Positions 8,970 through 17,923 are shown, numbered from the stretch's first letter. The stretch: 42,108 bases of DNA from Gammaproteobacteria bacterium (GCA_013288455.1 JABDBU010000002.1:1-42108), one strand, 5' to 3'. Translations and numbers: made by a program. The notes: generated by a model not told the origin, from the letters alone.

Positions 8970-9956
8970 TTATCTCTTTTCAACACCATCAAATAACGCA
9001 TCAACAAAGTTTTCAGATGAAAATACCTGTAAATCTTCAATATTTTCGCCAAAGCCAATGAAACGAATAGGTAAAGCAAGTTTCTTCGCAACTGAAAAAA
9101 GCATACCCCCTTTCGCAGAACCATCAAGCTTAGTAAGTGCAACTCCAGTGAGCTGAATAACTTTATGAAATACTTCCGCTTGAACTAGAGAATTTTGCCC
9201 TATACTTGCATCGAGGACTAATAGCGTTTCATGTGGCGCTGCTGCATCCAACTTTGCCAACACCTTCTTTATCTTATGTAACTCCTGCATCAAGTTATCT
9301 TTTGTATGTAAACGACCTGCTGTATCAGCAATTAAAATGTCCGTACTCCGCGCTTTAGCAGCTTGAAACGCATCATAAATCACAGACGCACTATCAGCCC
9401 CCTGGTGTTGTGCGACGAAAGCTAGCTGATTACGTTCGGCCCATATTGCTAGCTGTTCGGTAGCAGCTGCGCGGAAGGTATCCCCGGCTGCCAGCATAAC
9501 TCGCTTTCCTTGCTTTTTGAAATGATGTGCCAATTTTCCGATACTTGTGGTTTTTCCAACACCATTTACACCAACAACCAAAATGACGTAGGGTTTATAC
9601 ACTGCATCTATCAGTAATGGTTTTTCACACGCTTGCAACAACGCAATCAAATGCTTTCGCAATATTTCCCACACTGCATTACCATCTGCTAACTGCTTGC
9701 GATCCAGTTTACGGTTTAAGTCATCAATAATTTCCTCGGTTACCGCCGCACCTACATCTGAACCCAAGAGCAGATCTTCGATTTCTTCGATGAGAACAGC
9801 ACTAACTGCTTTCTTCCCCAACGTTAAATCAGCAAGACCTTCTATCAACCGATGGCGGGTTTTTTGCAACCCTTCCCTAAGTCGGATGAAAAAAGCTGGT
9901 TTTTTAGTTTCTATTTCCCCTGCACAAGGGGCTTTTCGCTTTAAAAAATTCAACAT
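8970..9956 (-). CDS. ftsY: signal recognition particle receptor FtsY
   Basis: The SRP-GTPase NG domain is present: GVNGVGKTT, DTAGRL, TKLDG. Confidence 0.95.
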   Translation of the reverse strand: MLNFLKRKAPCAGEIETKKPAFFIRLREGLQKTRHRLIEGLADLTLGKKAVSAVLIEEIEDLLLGSDVGAAVTEEIIDDLNRKLDRKQLADGNAVWEILRKHLIALLQACEKPLLIDAVYKPYVILVVGVNGVGKTTSIGKLAHHFKKQGKRVMLAAGDTFRAAATEQLAIWAERNQLAFVAQHQGADSASVIYDAFQAAKARSTDILIADTAGRLHTKDNLMQELHKIKKVLAKLDAAAPHETLLVLDASIGQNSLVQAEVFHKVIQLTGVALTKLDGSAKGGMLFSVAKKLALPIRFIGFGENIEDLQVFSSENFVDALFDGVEKR

Positions 9957-10025
9957 TTGCAGTTATTCACTATTCGCAAGTAGACCGTAGACCAAGAATA
10001 TAACAAATGTGGTATAACCTCTTCG

Positions 10026-10601
10026 ATGAAAAAAGGACAAGTAAAAATTATCGGGGGTCAATGGCGCGGTCGGAAACTTTCCTTTCCCACGATACCGGGT
10101 CTTCGCCCCACACCAAACCGCATTCGCGAAACCTTATTTAACTGGCTAAATCCTATTTTAATTGGTGCAGATTGCTTAGATTTATTTGCTGGTAGTGGTG
10201 CGCTGGGTTTCGAAGCTCTGTCCCGTGGCGCTAAATCCGCCACTTTTATCGAGCAATCCCCCATACTCACCCACTACCTCAAGGCCCAGATAGAACAGTT
10301 AGCCGCCGTCCCAAAAGCCAAAGTTTACCATGCCACTTATCCATTCAGGGCGTCCCGTTTATTTGAAGCAACCCCCCCGCCTGCTTTCAATCTTATATTT
10401 CTGGATCCACCTTTTTTCAAAAACCTCATAGAATTGGCCTGCACCTGGCTGCTGCAAGAAAATTTACTCCTCCCTGAAACCATCATCTACATGGAAACGG
10501 AGTCCCCTGTGTCTGCACTAACCTTACCGAAGAATTGGAAAATAAGCCATAGTAAAAAATCCGGCCGAGTCAACTATGGCTTAGCCAAAATCACCCATTG
10601 A
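10026..10601 (+). CDS. rsmD: 16S rRNA (guanine966-N2)-methyltransferase RsmD
   Basis: RPTPNRIRETLFNWL, DLFAGSGALGFEALSRGA and the DPPF motif. It is divergent from ftsY, as in E. coli. Confidence 0.9.
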   Translation: MKKGQVKIIGGQWRGRKLSFPTIPGLRPTPNRIRETLFNWLNPILIGADCLDLFAGSGALGFEALSRGAKSATFIEQSPILTHYLKAQIEQLAAVPKAKVYHATYPFRASRLFEATPPPAFNLIFLDPPFFKNLIELACTWLLQENLLLPETIIYMETESPVSALTLPKNWKISHSKKSGRVNYGLAKITH

Positions 10602-10623
10602 CTTCAAAATCATCCATTGACTT
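10587..10623 (+). promoter_or_regulatory. 18-bp direct repeat AAAATCA(C/T)CCATTGACTT x2 with a 19-bp period, spanning the rsmD stop and ending 31 nt before the dotD start; each copy contains a TTGACT (-35-like) hexamer
   Basis: Read directly: copy 1 is 10587-10604 and copy 2 is 10606-10623, with 17/18 identical positions. The function is not demonstrated. Confidence 0.35.
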
Positions 10624-10654
10624 TTAGTATTCTTCTTGCTTCAATCGCCTGGTT

Positions 10655-11179
10655 GTGCGCAAATTTTTGTCCAAAAAAAGATATATAGAAAAAATAACGG
10701 TGGTACTAGCCGTTGGTTTGCTATCGGCTTGCTCCTCCATGCGACATTCCACTCCTACCACTTGCATTGCCACTACGATCAATACTCCATCCAACGATAT
10801 AGGTGTTATGCTATCGGAGGCAGCTCGCTCTGTCAGCCAATCGCTGAATGAGCTTAAAATTCTGGAAAAAACAGTTAGCCCTCCTGGGAAGTTGTTACCC
10901 TATCCAACGGCATCTGGTTTGGGAAGAGTTGTCGCTTCTGTCGACTGGGCAGGTCCTATAGAACCGTTACTGAGACGTATTGCCACACTGGTGAATTATC
11001 GGTTAGAAGTTATCGGTCGCCAACCCGCTATTCCTGTACTTGTGTCTATTAATGCCCAGAACACACCTCTGGCTTACATTATACGTAATGCCGATATCCA
11101 GGCTGGAAATAAAGGCAGTGTAACTGTCTATCCAGGCATCCGTACCATTGAACTTCGCTATGCTAAAAATCAGTTCTAA
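10655..11179 (+). CDS. dotD: Dot/Icm type IVB secretion outer-membrane lipoprotein DotD
   Basis: Lipobox LLSAC. ASVDWAGPIEPLLRRIA...PVLVSIN...ELRYAK aligns with my recollection of L. pneumophila DotD (ASVDWSGPIEEL...VLISIS...VELRYAK). GTG start. Confidence 0.85.
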   Translation: MRKFLSKKRYIEKITVVLAVGLLSACSSMRHSTPTTCIATTINTPSNDIGVMLSEAARSVSQSLNELKILEKTVSPPGKLLPYPTASGLGRVVASVDWAGPIEPLLRRIATLVNYRLEVIGRQPAIPVLVSINAQNTPLAYIIRNADIQAGNKGSVTVYPGIRTIELRYAKNQF

Positions 11180-12017
11180 ATTTTTGCTTCACATCGTTAC
11201 GCTTTTTTTAATCCTCGTTTGCATTACCGCTTGTGCCACAAAGTTACCTAGCTATCAGGCGGTAGGTAGCCTGGATAGCTTGTGTCAATTACAAAACCTG
11301 CATGCCGAAGCCGTCGTTGGCAAAAAAGAAATGACTGAAGTACATACTCAAGCTTTGCAAGATATTGCCATGAGTGTCGGTGCCCAAGCTGGGCTGGCTT
11401 GGCGATCTAAGGAAATTAACAAAGAGTTAAGTAAGCATGCGAAAGAATTAGATTCCATTTTTAATTTTAATTTAATGTTACTCGATCACAACGTAGTTCC
11501 CCCCGTGTTAGTTCAAGGCAATCATTCACTGAATCTGGCTGATTCACAAACTTTGCGCATCGATGATCGCATTTATCAAATCGTGAGCCAAGCGCGTTTT
11601 ACAACCGCCCCTCCTCAGTGGCATGATTATCTTTGGATGAACTATAAAGCACCACAAATACCACCCGCAGCCTTTCTACCAAAAACACTAGAAGAACATA
11701 TTATTTGGAAAAAATACGCCGTTATGGGCTGGCAAGATGGTATTGGCCAGGCTAACAACATTTTTGGCGATAGCTTGTCTCGCTTGCAACGGGATTATAC
11801 TGGCATGGCGCTATATCGTTCGTTACTTGTGAAAGGCATGGTTAGTAAACCCTTTGTCGCACATACCAACCTTGGCGTCACTGGCAACAGTTCTCATTTA
11901 CACATCAACGATCAAATATTTAGAATTACTTCGCTACCAAAATTGCAAACCAACCCCAAACGATGGAAGCCTGTTATCACACATGATACCCATACCTGCT
12001 TACCAACTGGTCAATGA
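11160..12017 (+). CDS. dotC: Dot/Icm type IVB secretion outer-membrane lipoprotein DotC
   Basis: Signal peptide plus lipobox (LVCITAC). It sits between dotD and dotB, as in Legionella and Coxiella. ATG at 11160 is preferred over the track's TTG at 11148. It overlaps the dotD stop by 20 nt. Confidence 0.85.
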   Translation: MLKISSKFLLHIVTLFLILVCITACATKLPSYQAVGSLDSLCQLQNLHAEAVVGKKEMTEVHTQALQDIAMSVGAQAGLAWRSKEINKELSKHAKELDSIFNFNLMLLDHNVVPPVLVQGNHSLNLADSQTLRIDDRIYQIVSQARFTTAPPQWHDYLWMNYKAPQIPPAAFLPKTLEEHIIWKKYAVMGWQDGIGQANNIFGDSLSRLQRDYTGMALYRSLLVKGMVSKPFVAHTNLGVTGNSSHLHINDQIFRITSLPKLQTNPKRWKPVITHDTHTCLPTGQ

Positions 12018-13116
12018 ACCAATACGCTTTACGCCCCCTTACTTGGCACGACTGCTAGTCCACTGTCAATCGCTATCAGCATCTGACGTTACGTTACAAA
12101 CTGGCGAGCCAATCTTTGCAGAGGTGTACGGGCGCTTACTTAAGATTACACGGCGTAAACTTTCTAATACAGAAGTTTCTGAAATATTGAATTTTATATA
12201 CGGATCTAATGGTAGTACGCAAATTTTAAGCGGAATTGATATTGATACCAGTTATGAATTCCGTCCTAATCGCAATGAGCGTTATCGTTTCCGTGTCAAT
12301 GCCACGGGGTGTTTAGTCGAGGGTCATGATGCAATTCAGATCACCTTTCGAACTATTCCTAGTACACCGCCGAAACTATCGGAACTTGACTTAGAACCCG
12401 AACTTGTCAATGCCCTCTCCCCAAGCCAAGGTATTGTTTACGTAACGGGATCGACTGGTTCCGGGAAAAGTACTTTATTAGCCGCTATCATTCGCGATCT
12501 AGCTGAACAAACGGATAGCAATCGAAAAATCCTCACTTATGAAGCGCCCATTGAGTTTGTTTATGACACTATTGATATGCCTAGCACAATAGTCAGTCAA
12601 TCAGAAATTCCTAGAAATTTGCCTTCTTTTGCTGCTGGGATACGCAATGCACTGCGCCGTAAACCACGACTTATCTTAGTTGGAGAGGCACGTGATCCAG
12701 AAACCATAAGTGCCGCGATAGAAGCGGCACTTACCGGACATCCGGTCTATACCACACTGCATAGCAATGGTGTAACTGAAACCATACGTCGGCTAGTCAA
12801 TTCCTTTCCCGCCAACGAAGCGCACAGTCGAATGATCGATGTTATTGAAACTATTCGCGTCGTAGTGTGGCAACGGTTAGTACCCACCCTAGATGGTAAA
12901 CGGATTCCTTTACGCGAATTTTTAGTCTTTAACGAAAAACTGCGTGACCAGTTACTTGATTCCAAGTTAGATGATATCACGGCTACGACACGTCAGTTGC
13001 TTAAACAATACGGCCAACCAATGTCCATAGACACACAACGCAAATTCGATGCAGGTTTGATCTCTGAACGAGTATACAAGCACTTAATGTTAATAGCAGA
13101 AAAAGAAGCCAACTAA
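11983..13116 (+). CDS. dotB: Dot/Icm type IVB secretion ATPase DotB (PilT-like hexameric ATPase)
   Basis: SDVTLQTGEPIFAEVYGRLLKIT, YEFRPNR..RYRFRVNATGCLVEGHDAIQITFRTIP, Walker A GSTGSGKSTL, RKPRLILVGE and LTGHPVYTTLH are near-identical to the blocks I recall from L. pneumophila DotB. The internal ATG at 11983 gives 377 aa; the track's 11854 start would run 164 nt inside dotC. Confidence 0.95.
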   Translation: MIPIPAYQLVNEPIRFTPPYLARLLVHCQSLSASDVTLQTGEPIFAEVYGRLLKITRRKLSNTEVSEILNFIYGSNGSTQILSGIDIDTSYEFRPNRNERYRFRVNATGCLVEGHDAIQITFRTIPSTPPKLSELDLEPELVNALSPSQGIVYVTGSTGSGKSTLLAAIIRDLAEQTDSNRKILTYEAPIEFVYDTIDMPSTIVSQSEIPRNLPSFAAGIRNALRRKPRLILVGEARDPETISAAIEAALTGHPVYTTLHSNGVTETIRRLVNSFPANEAHSRMIDVIETIRVVVWQRLVPTLDGKRIPLREFLVFNEKLRDQLLDSKLDDITATTRQLLKQYGQPMSIDTQRKFDAGLISERVYKHLMLIAEKEAN

Positions 13117-13117
13117 G

Positions 13118-14098
13118 ATGCTGGATTTTGACGCTGCTTGGCGGCCAAGTGCATCGCACGCATTATTGTGTTTACGCGCTGAGATCCTAAGTTGTATTCG
13201 TCAATTTTTTGCTGAAAGACAAATCTTAGAAGTTGAAACCCCCATTCTTTCACAGGCGACGGTCACTGATAAACACCTACATAGTTTTCACACTGATTAC
13301 TATTTTTCAAACTTCCAGCAAAAAAAGACACTGTATCTACAAACTTCGCCTGAATTTGCTATGAAACGATTGCTAGCTGCTGGCAGCGGGGCTATTTATC
13401 AAATATGTAAAGCATTTCGCAATCAAGGTGAATCAGGTCGCACACACAATCCGGAGTTTACACTAGTAGAATGGTACAGACCAGGCTTTGATCATTATGA
13501 TCTAATGAATGAAGTAGAGGATTTATTAAAAATAATCTTGCATTGTCAATCAATAGAACGCCTTAGTTATTCTGTAATTTTTCAAAAATTTCTTCAAATG
13601 GATCCACACCGTGCCTCTATAGCTCAACTAAGACAAACTGCCGACCAGTGTGGACTTCATACAGAGAATTTATCTAGTCTAGAAAAGGATGACTGGCTCC
13701 ATCTACTCATGACCCACTGTATTGAGCCAAAATTACCGAAACAGCCGATATTTATTTACAACTTTCCTGCTTCGCAAGCCGCTTTGGCAAAAATACAACC
13801 AGGAAGTCCGCCACTGGCTGCACGTTTTGAGGTTTATGTTAATGGATTAGAACTGGCTAATGGATTTCACGAACTCAGCTCCCCATCAGAACAACGACAA
13901 CGATTTGTATATGAATTAAGTCAGCGTAAAAAAACAGGCCATTCCCCCGTACCTATCGATGAACGACTACTAGCGGCACTAGAACATGGCTTACCAAACT
14001 GCGCCGGTGTGGCGTTGGGCATAGATCGGCTGATTTTATTGGCAGCCAAAAAAGACTCCATCAACGAAGTGCTGGCGTTTCCACTAGAACGCGCCTAA
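13118..14098 (+). CDS. epmA: elongation factor P (R)-beta-lysine ligase EpmA (PoxA/GenX; class II LysRS paralog)
   Basis: LYLQTSPEFAMKRLLAAGSGAIYQICKAFRNQGESGRTHNPEFTLVEWY and ANGFHEL...GVALGIDRL are EpmA/LysRS catalytic-core motifs. The ATG lies 1 nt after the dotB stop. Confidence 0.9.
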   Translation: MLDFDAAWRPSASHALLCLRAEILSCIRQFFAERQILEVETPILSQATVTDKHLHSFHTDYYFSNFQQKKTLYLQTSPEFAMKRLLAAGSGAIYQICKAFRNQGESGRTHNPEFTLVEWYRPGFDHYDLMNEVEDLLKIILHCQSIERLSYSVIFQKFLQMDPHRASIAQLRQTADQCGLHTENLSSLEKDDWLHLLMTHCIEPKLPKQPIFIYNFPASQAALAKIQPGSPPLAARFEVYVNGLELANGFHELSSPSEQRQRFVYELSQRKKTGHSPVPIDERLLAALEHGLPNCAGVALGIDRLILLAAKKDSINEVLAFPLERA

Positions 14099-14716
14099 AA
14101 TTTTTTTATCGGTACTTTGGACTACATTAGCTCCTGCTAGTCGCATCTCCTGCATGGCAGTGGCGCTATCATCCTTCTTTAGGTTAACGCCGCGACAACC
14201 ATCCTCTATTAAGAAGGTTGTAAAGCCTAATTGACATGCGTCCAGCACAGTATATTTGACGCAATAATCCAGCGCCAATCCCATCACATACACATCACTG
14301 ATCTGACACGCCAACAAATAATCTTTCAAACCCGTTGATTGGGTGTGCCCGTTATCAAAAAAGCCACTGTAGCTATCGATAGTTGGATTACACCCCTTTT
14401 GAAAAATTTTGGCTGTAGGGATCAGCGTAAAAGCTTTGACAAATTCAGCGCCTTGCGTCGCTTGTACGCAATGAGTCGGCCATAATACTTGCGACAATCC
14501 TGCCAACTCAATAATATCACCGACAGATCGACCAGGATGATTTACTGCGAAACTTCCATGATTTTTTGGATGCCAATCTTGTGTAGCCACAATACACTCA
14601 AAATAGGTCTGCAGTGTATTCGCCAGAGGGATAACTTCCTCACCATGAGGAACGGGAAGCGATCCAGTTGGCATAAAATCGTTTTGTAAATCCACAATAA
14701 TCAATGCTTTTTTCAT
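14084..14716 (-). CDS. pncA: nicotinamidase/pyrazinamidase (isochorismatase family)
   Basis: ALIIVDLQNDF, QDWHPKNHGSFA, WPTHCVQ, DSYSGFFDN and LALDYCVKYTVLDA match E. coli PncA block for block. Confidence 0.85.
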   Translation of the reverse strand: MKKALIIVDLQNDFMPTGSLPVPHGEEVIPLANTLQTYFECIVATQDWHPKNHGSFAVNHPGRSVGDIIELAGLSQVLWPTHCVQATQGAEFVKAFTLIPTAKIFQKGCNPTIDSYSGFFDNGHTQSTGLKDYLLACQISDVYVMGLALDYCVKYTVLDACQLGFTTFLIEDGCRGVNLKKDDSATAMQEMRLAGANVVQSTDKKILGAF

Positions 14717-14796
14717 TGTAAAAAATGTGTCAATTTTCTTGACGAAGAAGAGGTTATCTATTGTGATGTTTGAACGGCGTTCCTCTTCTTTAGTGT

Positions 14797-15934
14797 CTAG
14801 TAGACTGCAGATAAATACAGCGGAATGTCCTTAAAGTGCTTAAAAATTAAATGTTGAGAAATAACACCACGATCACTATACATCAACACGTCGGAATGTC
14901 GCAACATAAACCCAATGATATTAACGTCTAAAATAGGACTGTCATCAGCTGTAATTAACGTTTTTAAATTCTGTAGCAAGCTTTATAAGTTTTACGATGA
15001 TTCAATCAGCGTGCTGAACCAAGCCACTTTCATTTTGCACTGTTACACGCGACAACGCATTACAAGAAACAAGCGGATCACGCAGCAGCTCAGTGAAAAC
15101 AACATCATACAGGTCCAATACCGATTTTTTAGCATTCCAAGAAATCTCTGCCTTCCAATCACCGTAAAATAGTGTGGGAGAAACTTCATCCTGTTTAGTA
15201 ACCTCATATTTAACCGATATTTTACATTGCTTCTCCTGTATCTGCCCATTTGCTAACTCCCAAGAATTCTCTATTAAAATTTTTAAGACGTCACTACATT
15301 GATTGCTGATACATTCAAAGCGTCCATTTTGTCTATTTTTTTAACGTAATTCCATTGTTGCAATACATTGTTCAAATTAATTAAATAGAAAGCACCAGCC
15401 TCACGTTGTTTCTGTGTTAATAGGCACTTTACACTGTCATTATTATATATGCTCTGCACCATGAAAATAATCTTGCAAAGTACTGCATGAGCTATATCCA
15501 GTGCTTTTTCTGCAGGAATGTCATCCTTGAGGAACACCCTCGCCACAGTACCGAAGCTTACTTAATTGGAGCACGTTATAAGCTTGCATTAAGTATTTAG
15601 TGATTAAAAATGAAAAATTAGCAATAACACGCTGATCATTGGAACCGTTTATCGCATTATCCACACACAACCCAAAAGCTTTGCTCTGTTCTATTAACAA
15701 ATAGACTGGCGTAGCAAGCTCGTTCTCGCAATACCAGTCATCGGGCTTTTGTGCTACATATTGCAATATTTCATTTATATTGACTGCGCTGTCACGTTCG
15801 AACAATTTCCACTGAGCAAAAGCAATACTTGGGTATACTGTGAGGTCCACTAAAACCGCATTGAAATTTTCAAGTAAAACTTGAACCTGAGATATGTAAT
15901 GCAGTGTATTTTGCCAGTTAAAACTTCGTGGCAT
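14797..15934 (-). pseudogene. degraded gene of unknown function: four consecutive protein-like open segments on the minus strand alternating between two frames
   Basis: Segment 1 is 15934-15521 (137 codons) and segment 2 is 15546-15283 (87 codons). Segment 3 is open for about 112 codons from 15340 to the stop at 15002-15004, with no ATG/GTG/TTG near its 5' end, so it is missing from the ORF track (KNRQNGRFECISNQCSDVLKILIENSWELANGQIQEKQCKISVKYEVTKQDEVSPTLFYGDWKAEISWNAKKSVLDLYDVVFTELLRDPLVSCNALSRVTVQNESGLVQHAD). Segment 4 is 14979-14797 (60 codons). At every junction both frames are open over 20-60 nt, as expected for frameshift mutations. Confidence 0.45.
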
Positions 15935-16031
15935 ACTTTATCCCTCCATTATAATTGCTGTTTACTACTGTATTTATTTAAAAAAAATTTTGACCATAAA
16001 TGTAATGCTATTACATGAATCTTAAAGAAAC

Positions 16032-16066
16032 CTGAAGGGCACCTCTAAAAATTAGAAATTTCAGGG
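16032..16066 (-). repeat. solo copy of the dispersed ~38-bp intergenic repeat (CTGAAGGGCACCTCTAAAAATTAGAAATTTCAGGG)
   Basis: Its reverse complement matches 23381-23418 and 31251-31288 over the core AAATTTCTAATTT-TAGAGGTGCCCTTCAG. Confidence 0.7.
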
Positions 16067-16320
16067 CAAACGCATCGCCAGATAAAGGGCGGAGAAAAAA
16101 GCGTGGATAAACGTTATTACGTGAATTCTCTTCCTAGCAAACCACGTTAATCGCTCACGCGATTCAAGCGCATTGACGCATCAAACATAATTTGCAAGCA
16201 ACGGCTTGTATGAGTATTGATTATTCAACGCTTTATGCTTTATGATTTTGAAAATCAGTTACGGAAATCTACATAGGGTTTTGTCAGAAAAGCTGAAATA
16301 AGATTATTTTTACAAAAAAA

Positions 16321-17862
16321 ATGAGGTATCTTATGAAATTTAATCAAACCTATTTTGAAAGTCTTTTTAAATCTTATCCAGAATTACTAGCTTTCCTCAA
16401 TACAGAGGTTGATGCTACGCACGATTTTCAAATCACTGCACCGGCACCGTGGACGAACGACTTGTATCAAGCAACCGCAATGGTACTACCAGATGTAAAA
16501 GTGAAACATACAAATGAACCTCTAGCATCTTTGCTACGGACGGCAAATCCAGAAATTCGTAGCATTGAATTAGAACGAACCGTATTTAGTATCATGACAA
16601 TGCAAGCTATTGTTGAAAACAATTATGATTTTTTCAAAAAAACGCCCGTGTACTCTAATCAGCTAATCATATTATCAGATCAATTTCAAAATTTATGCAC
16701 GTTATTACAAACATATTTTCCCACCGATCTTGACAAAAATATTTTGTTACGTGCATTAATATTAAGCGATCTTGGAAAAATCAGGCCATTACGAGAAGCT
16801 TTATGCAAACTGTTTTATATCACAGCTCAAGATCCAGACCATTTTATGTCAGAATTATTACGCCGTAATTATACAGAATTATCCGCTATTCTACCTAGTA
16901 TAAACAACGAAATTACACTGACTGAATTGCGTAAGATTAATACAGAATTTCATTATGGGCATTTTGCACATGCTGAATCTGGAGAACGTGAATTAGCACG
17001 GCTAAAAGATATGCTTGCTGAGCATGGTCATGGTGTCGAAGCAATAGGTAAACATTTTATTTTACAAATTTGTGATGTGGCAGGCGCAGCTGCTCAAGAT
17101 GGTGGAAAAACTATTCTTACTCAACAAATTGCAACAATTTATTTAAATTGCATATTACCAGCGTTACTCTCACTAACAACAAAAACTCCTACAACAGTGC
17201 ATGAAAATTATTTCAGCAAACGTTTCCAGCTTTGTCAATTACCGATACATGAAACCCCACTAACATCAGAGCAACACTGGCTTGGCAGATTCATATGCAT
17301 GCTTCGAATAGATACTTTATCTGCTGCCGAGCAGCTACAAACAGCACTGAAAGAATTATTAGCCAATAATCCGAAATTTGTTGCTGACCTGGAATCATGG
17401 CATCAGTATCAATTAAATCCTAAACTTTCGACGCCAACTTATATGCCAGCATTGCTAGTCGCATTAAAAAATAAGGAGCCACTAACAGTGGCTTTGCAAA
17501 TAGGCGCTACCCTGATTAGGCGTGCATTAGAATGCCATCAGTATTTAGTAGAAGTAAGTAAAATACATAAGGAAAATCCGGCAAATTTTAATGCATTAAC
17601 AGGAATTACTAAAAATGAATTTGATTGCATTCAAGCAGTATACAAGGAGAGATCTTCGATCTGTTTTTGCAGTTCGAATGGCATTGTGTATCCTACTCAA
17701 TGGATTAAACAACATAAGCCAGCTGAACTCGCCGCATATGTAAGTGAAACTGGGATTATGTTAGACCAAGAATTGAGCACAACAGGTTCTGCTCAATTTT
17801 TTGATCGCGAAAAACAAGAGTGTATTGCACAGTCAACTCCTGTTTCTAAGTTAGGAATGTAA
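16321..17862 (+). CDS. hypothetical protein (513 aa), no family recognised; candidate secreted effector
   Basis: A long ORF with balanced, protein-like composition. The second ATG at 16333 is preceded by GAGG at a good distance and may be the true start. Confidence 0.7.
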   Translation: MRYLMKFNQTYFESLFKSYPELLAFLNTEVDATHDFQITAPAPWTNDLYQATAMVLPDVKVKHTNEPLASLLRTANPEIRSIELERTVFSIMTMQAIVENNYDFFKKTPVYSNQLIILSDQFQNLCTLLQTYFPTDLDKNILLRALILSDLGKIRPLREALCKLFYITAQDPDHFMSELLRRNYTELSAILPSINNEITLTELRKINTEFHYGHFAHAESGERELARLKDMLAEHGHGVEAIGKHFILQICDVAGAAAQDGGKTILTQQIATIYLNCILPALLSLTTKTPTTVHENYFSKRFQLCQLPIHETPLTSEQHWLGRFICMLRIDTLSAAEQLQTALKELLANNPKFVADLESWHQYQLNPKLSTPTYMPALLVALKNKEPLTVALQIGATLIRRALECHQYLVEVSKIHKENPANFNALTGITKNEFDCIQAVYKERSSICFCSSNGIVYPTQWIKQHKPAELAAYVSETGIMLDQELSTTGSAQFFDREKQECIAQSTPVSKLGM

Positions 17863-17923
17863 ATTAGGAATGCGTGCGTCAACACTATGCTACTCCTCTA
17901 GTAGCAAAGAATCGGTAGAGCAT

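Noticed and set aside
11854-11982. Track start (11854) for dotB giving 420 aa
   Set aside because: It would overlap dotC by 164 nt, and the extra residues have no DotB counterpart. ATG at 11983 gives a 377-aa product beginning just before the conserved region.
15283-15934. The overlapping 137-aa and 87-aa ORFs as a toxin-antitoxin pair
   Set aside because: The 26-nt out-of-frame overlap and the larger-upstream order are atypical, and no TA motifs are visible. Two further in-line open segments downstream fit a frameshifted single gene better.
15935-16320. PmrA-type tandem TTAATATT boxes upstream of the candidate effector genes (also checked at 38071-38124 and 5825-6003)
   Set aside because: I found no tandem TTAATATT-N2-TTAATATT arrangement, only isolated AT-rich near-matches such as TTAATATTA at about 38803, which are expected by chance in AT-rich DNA.
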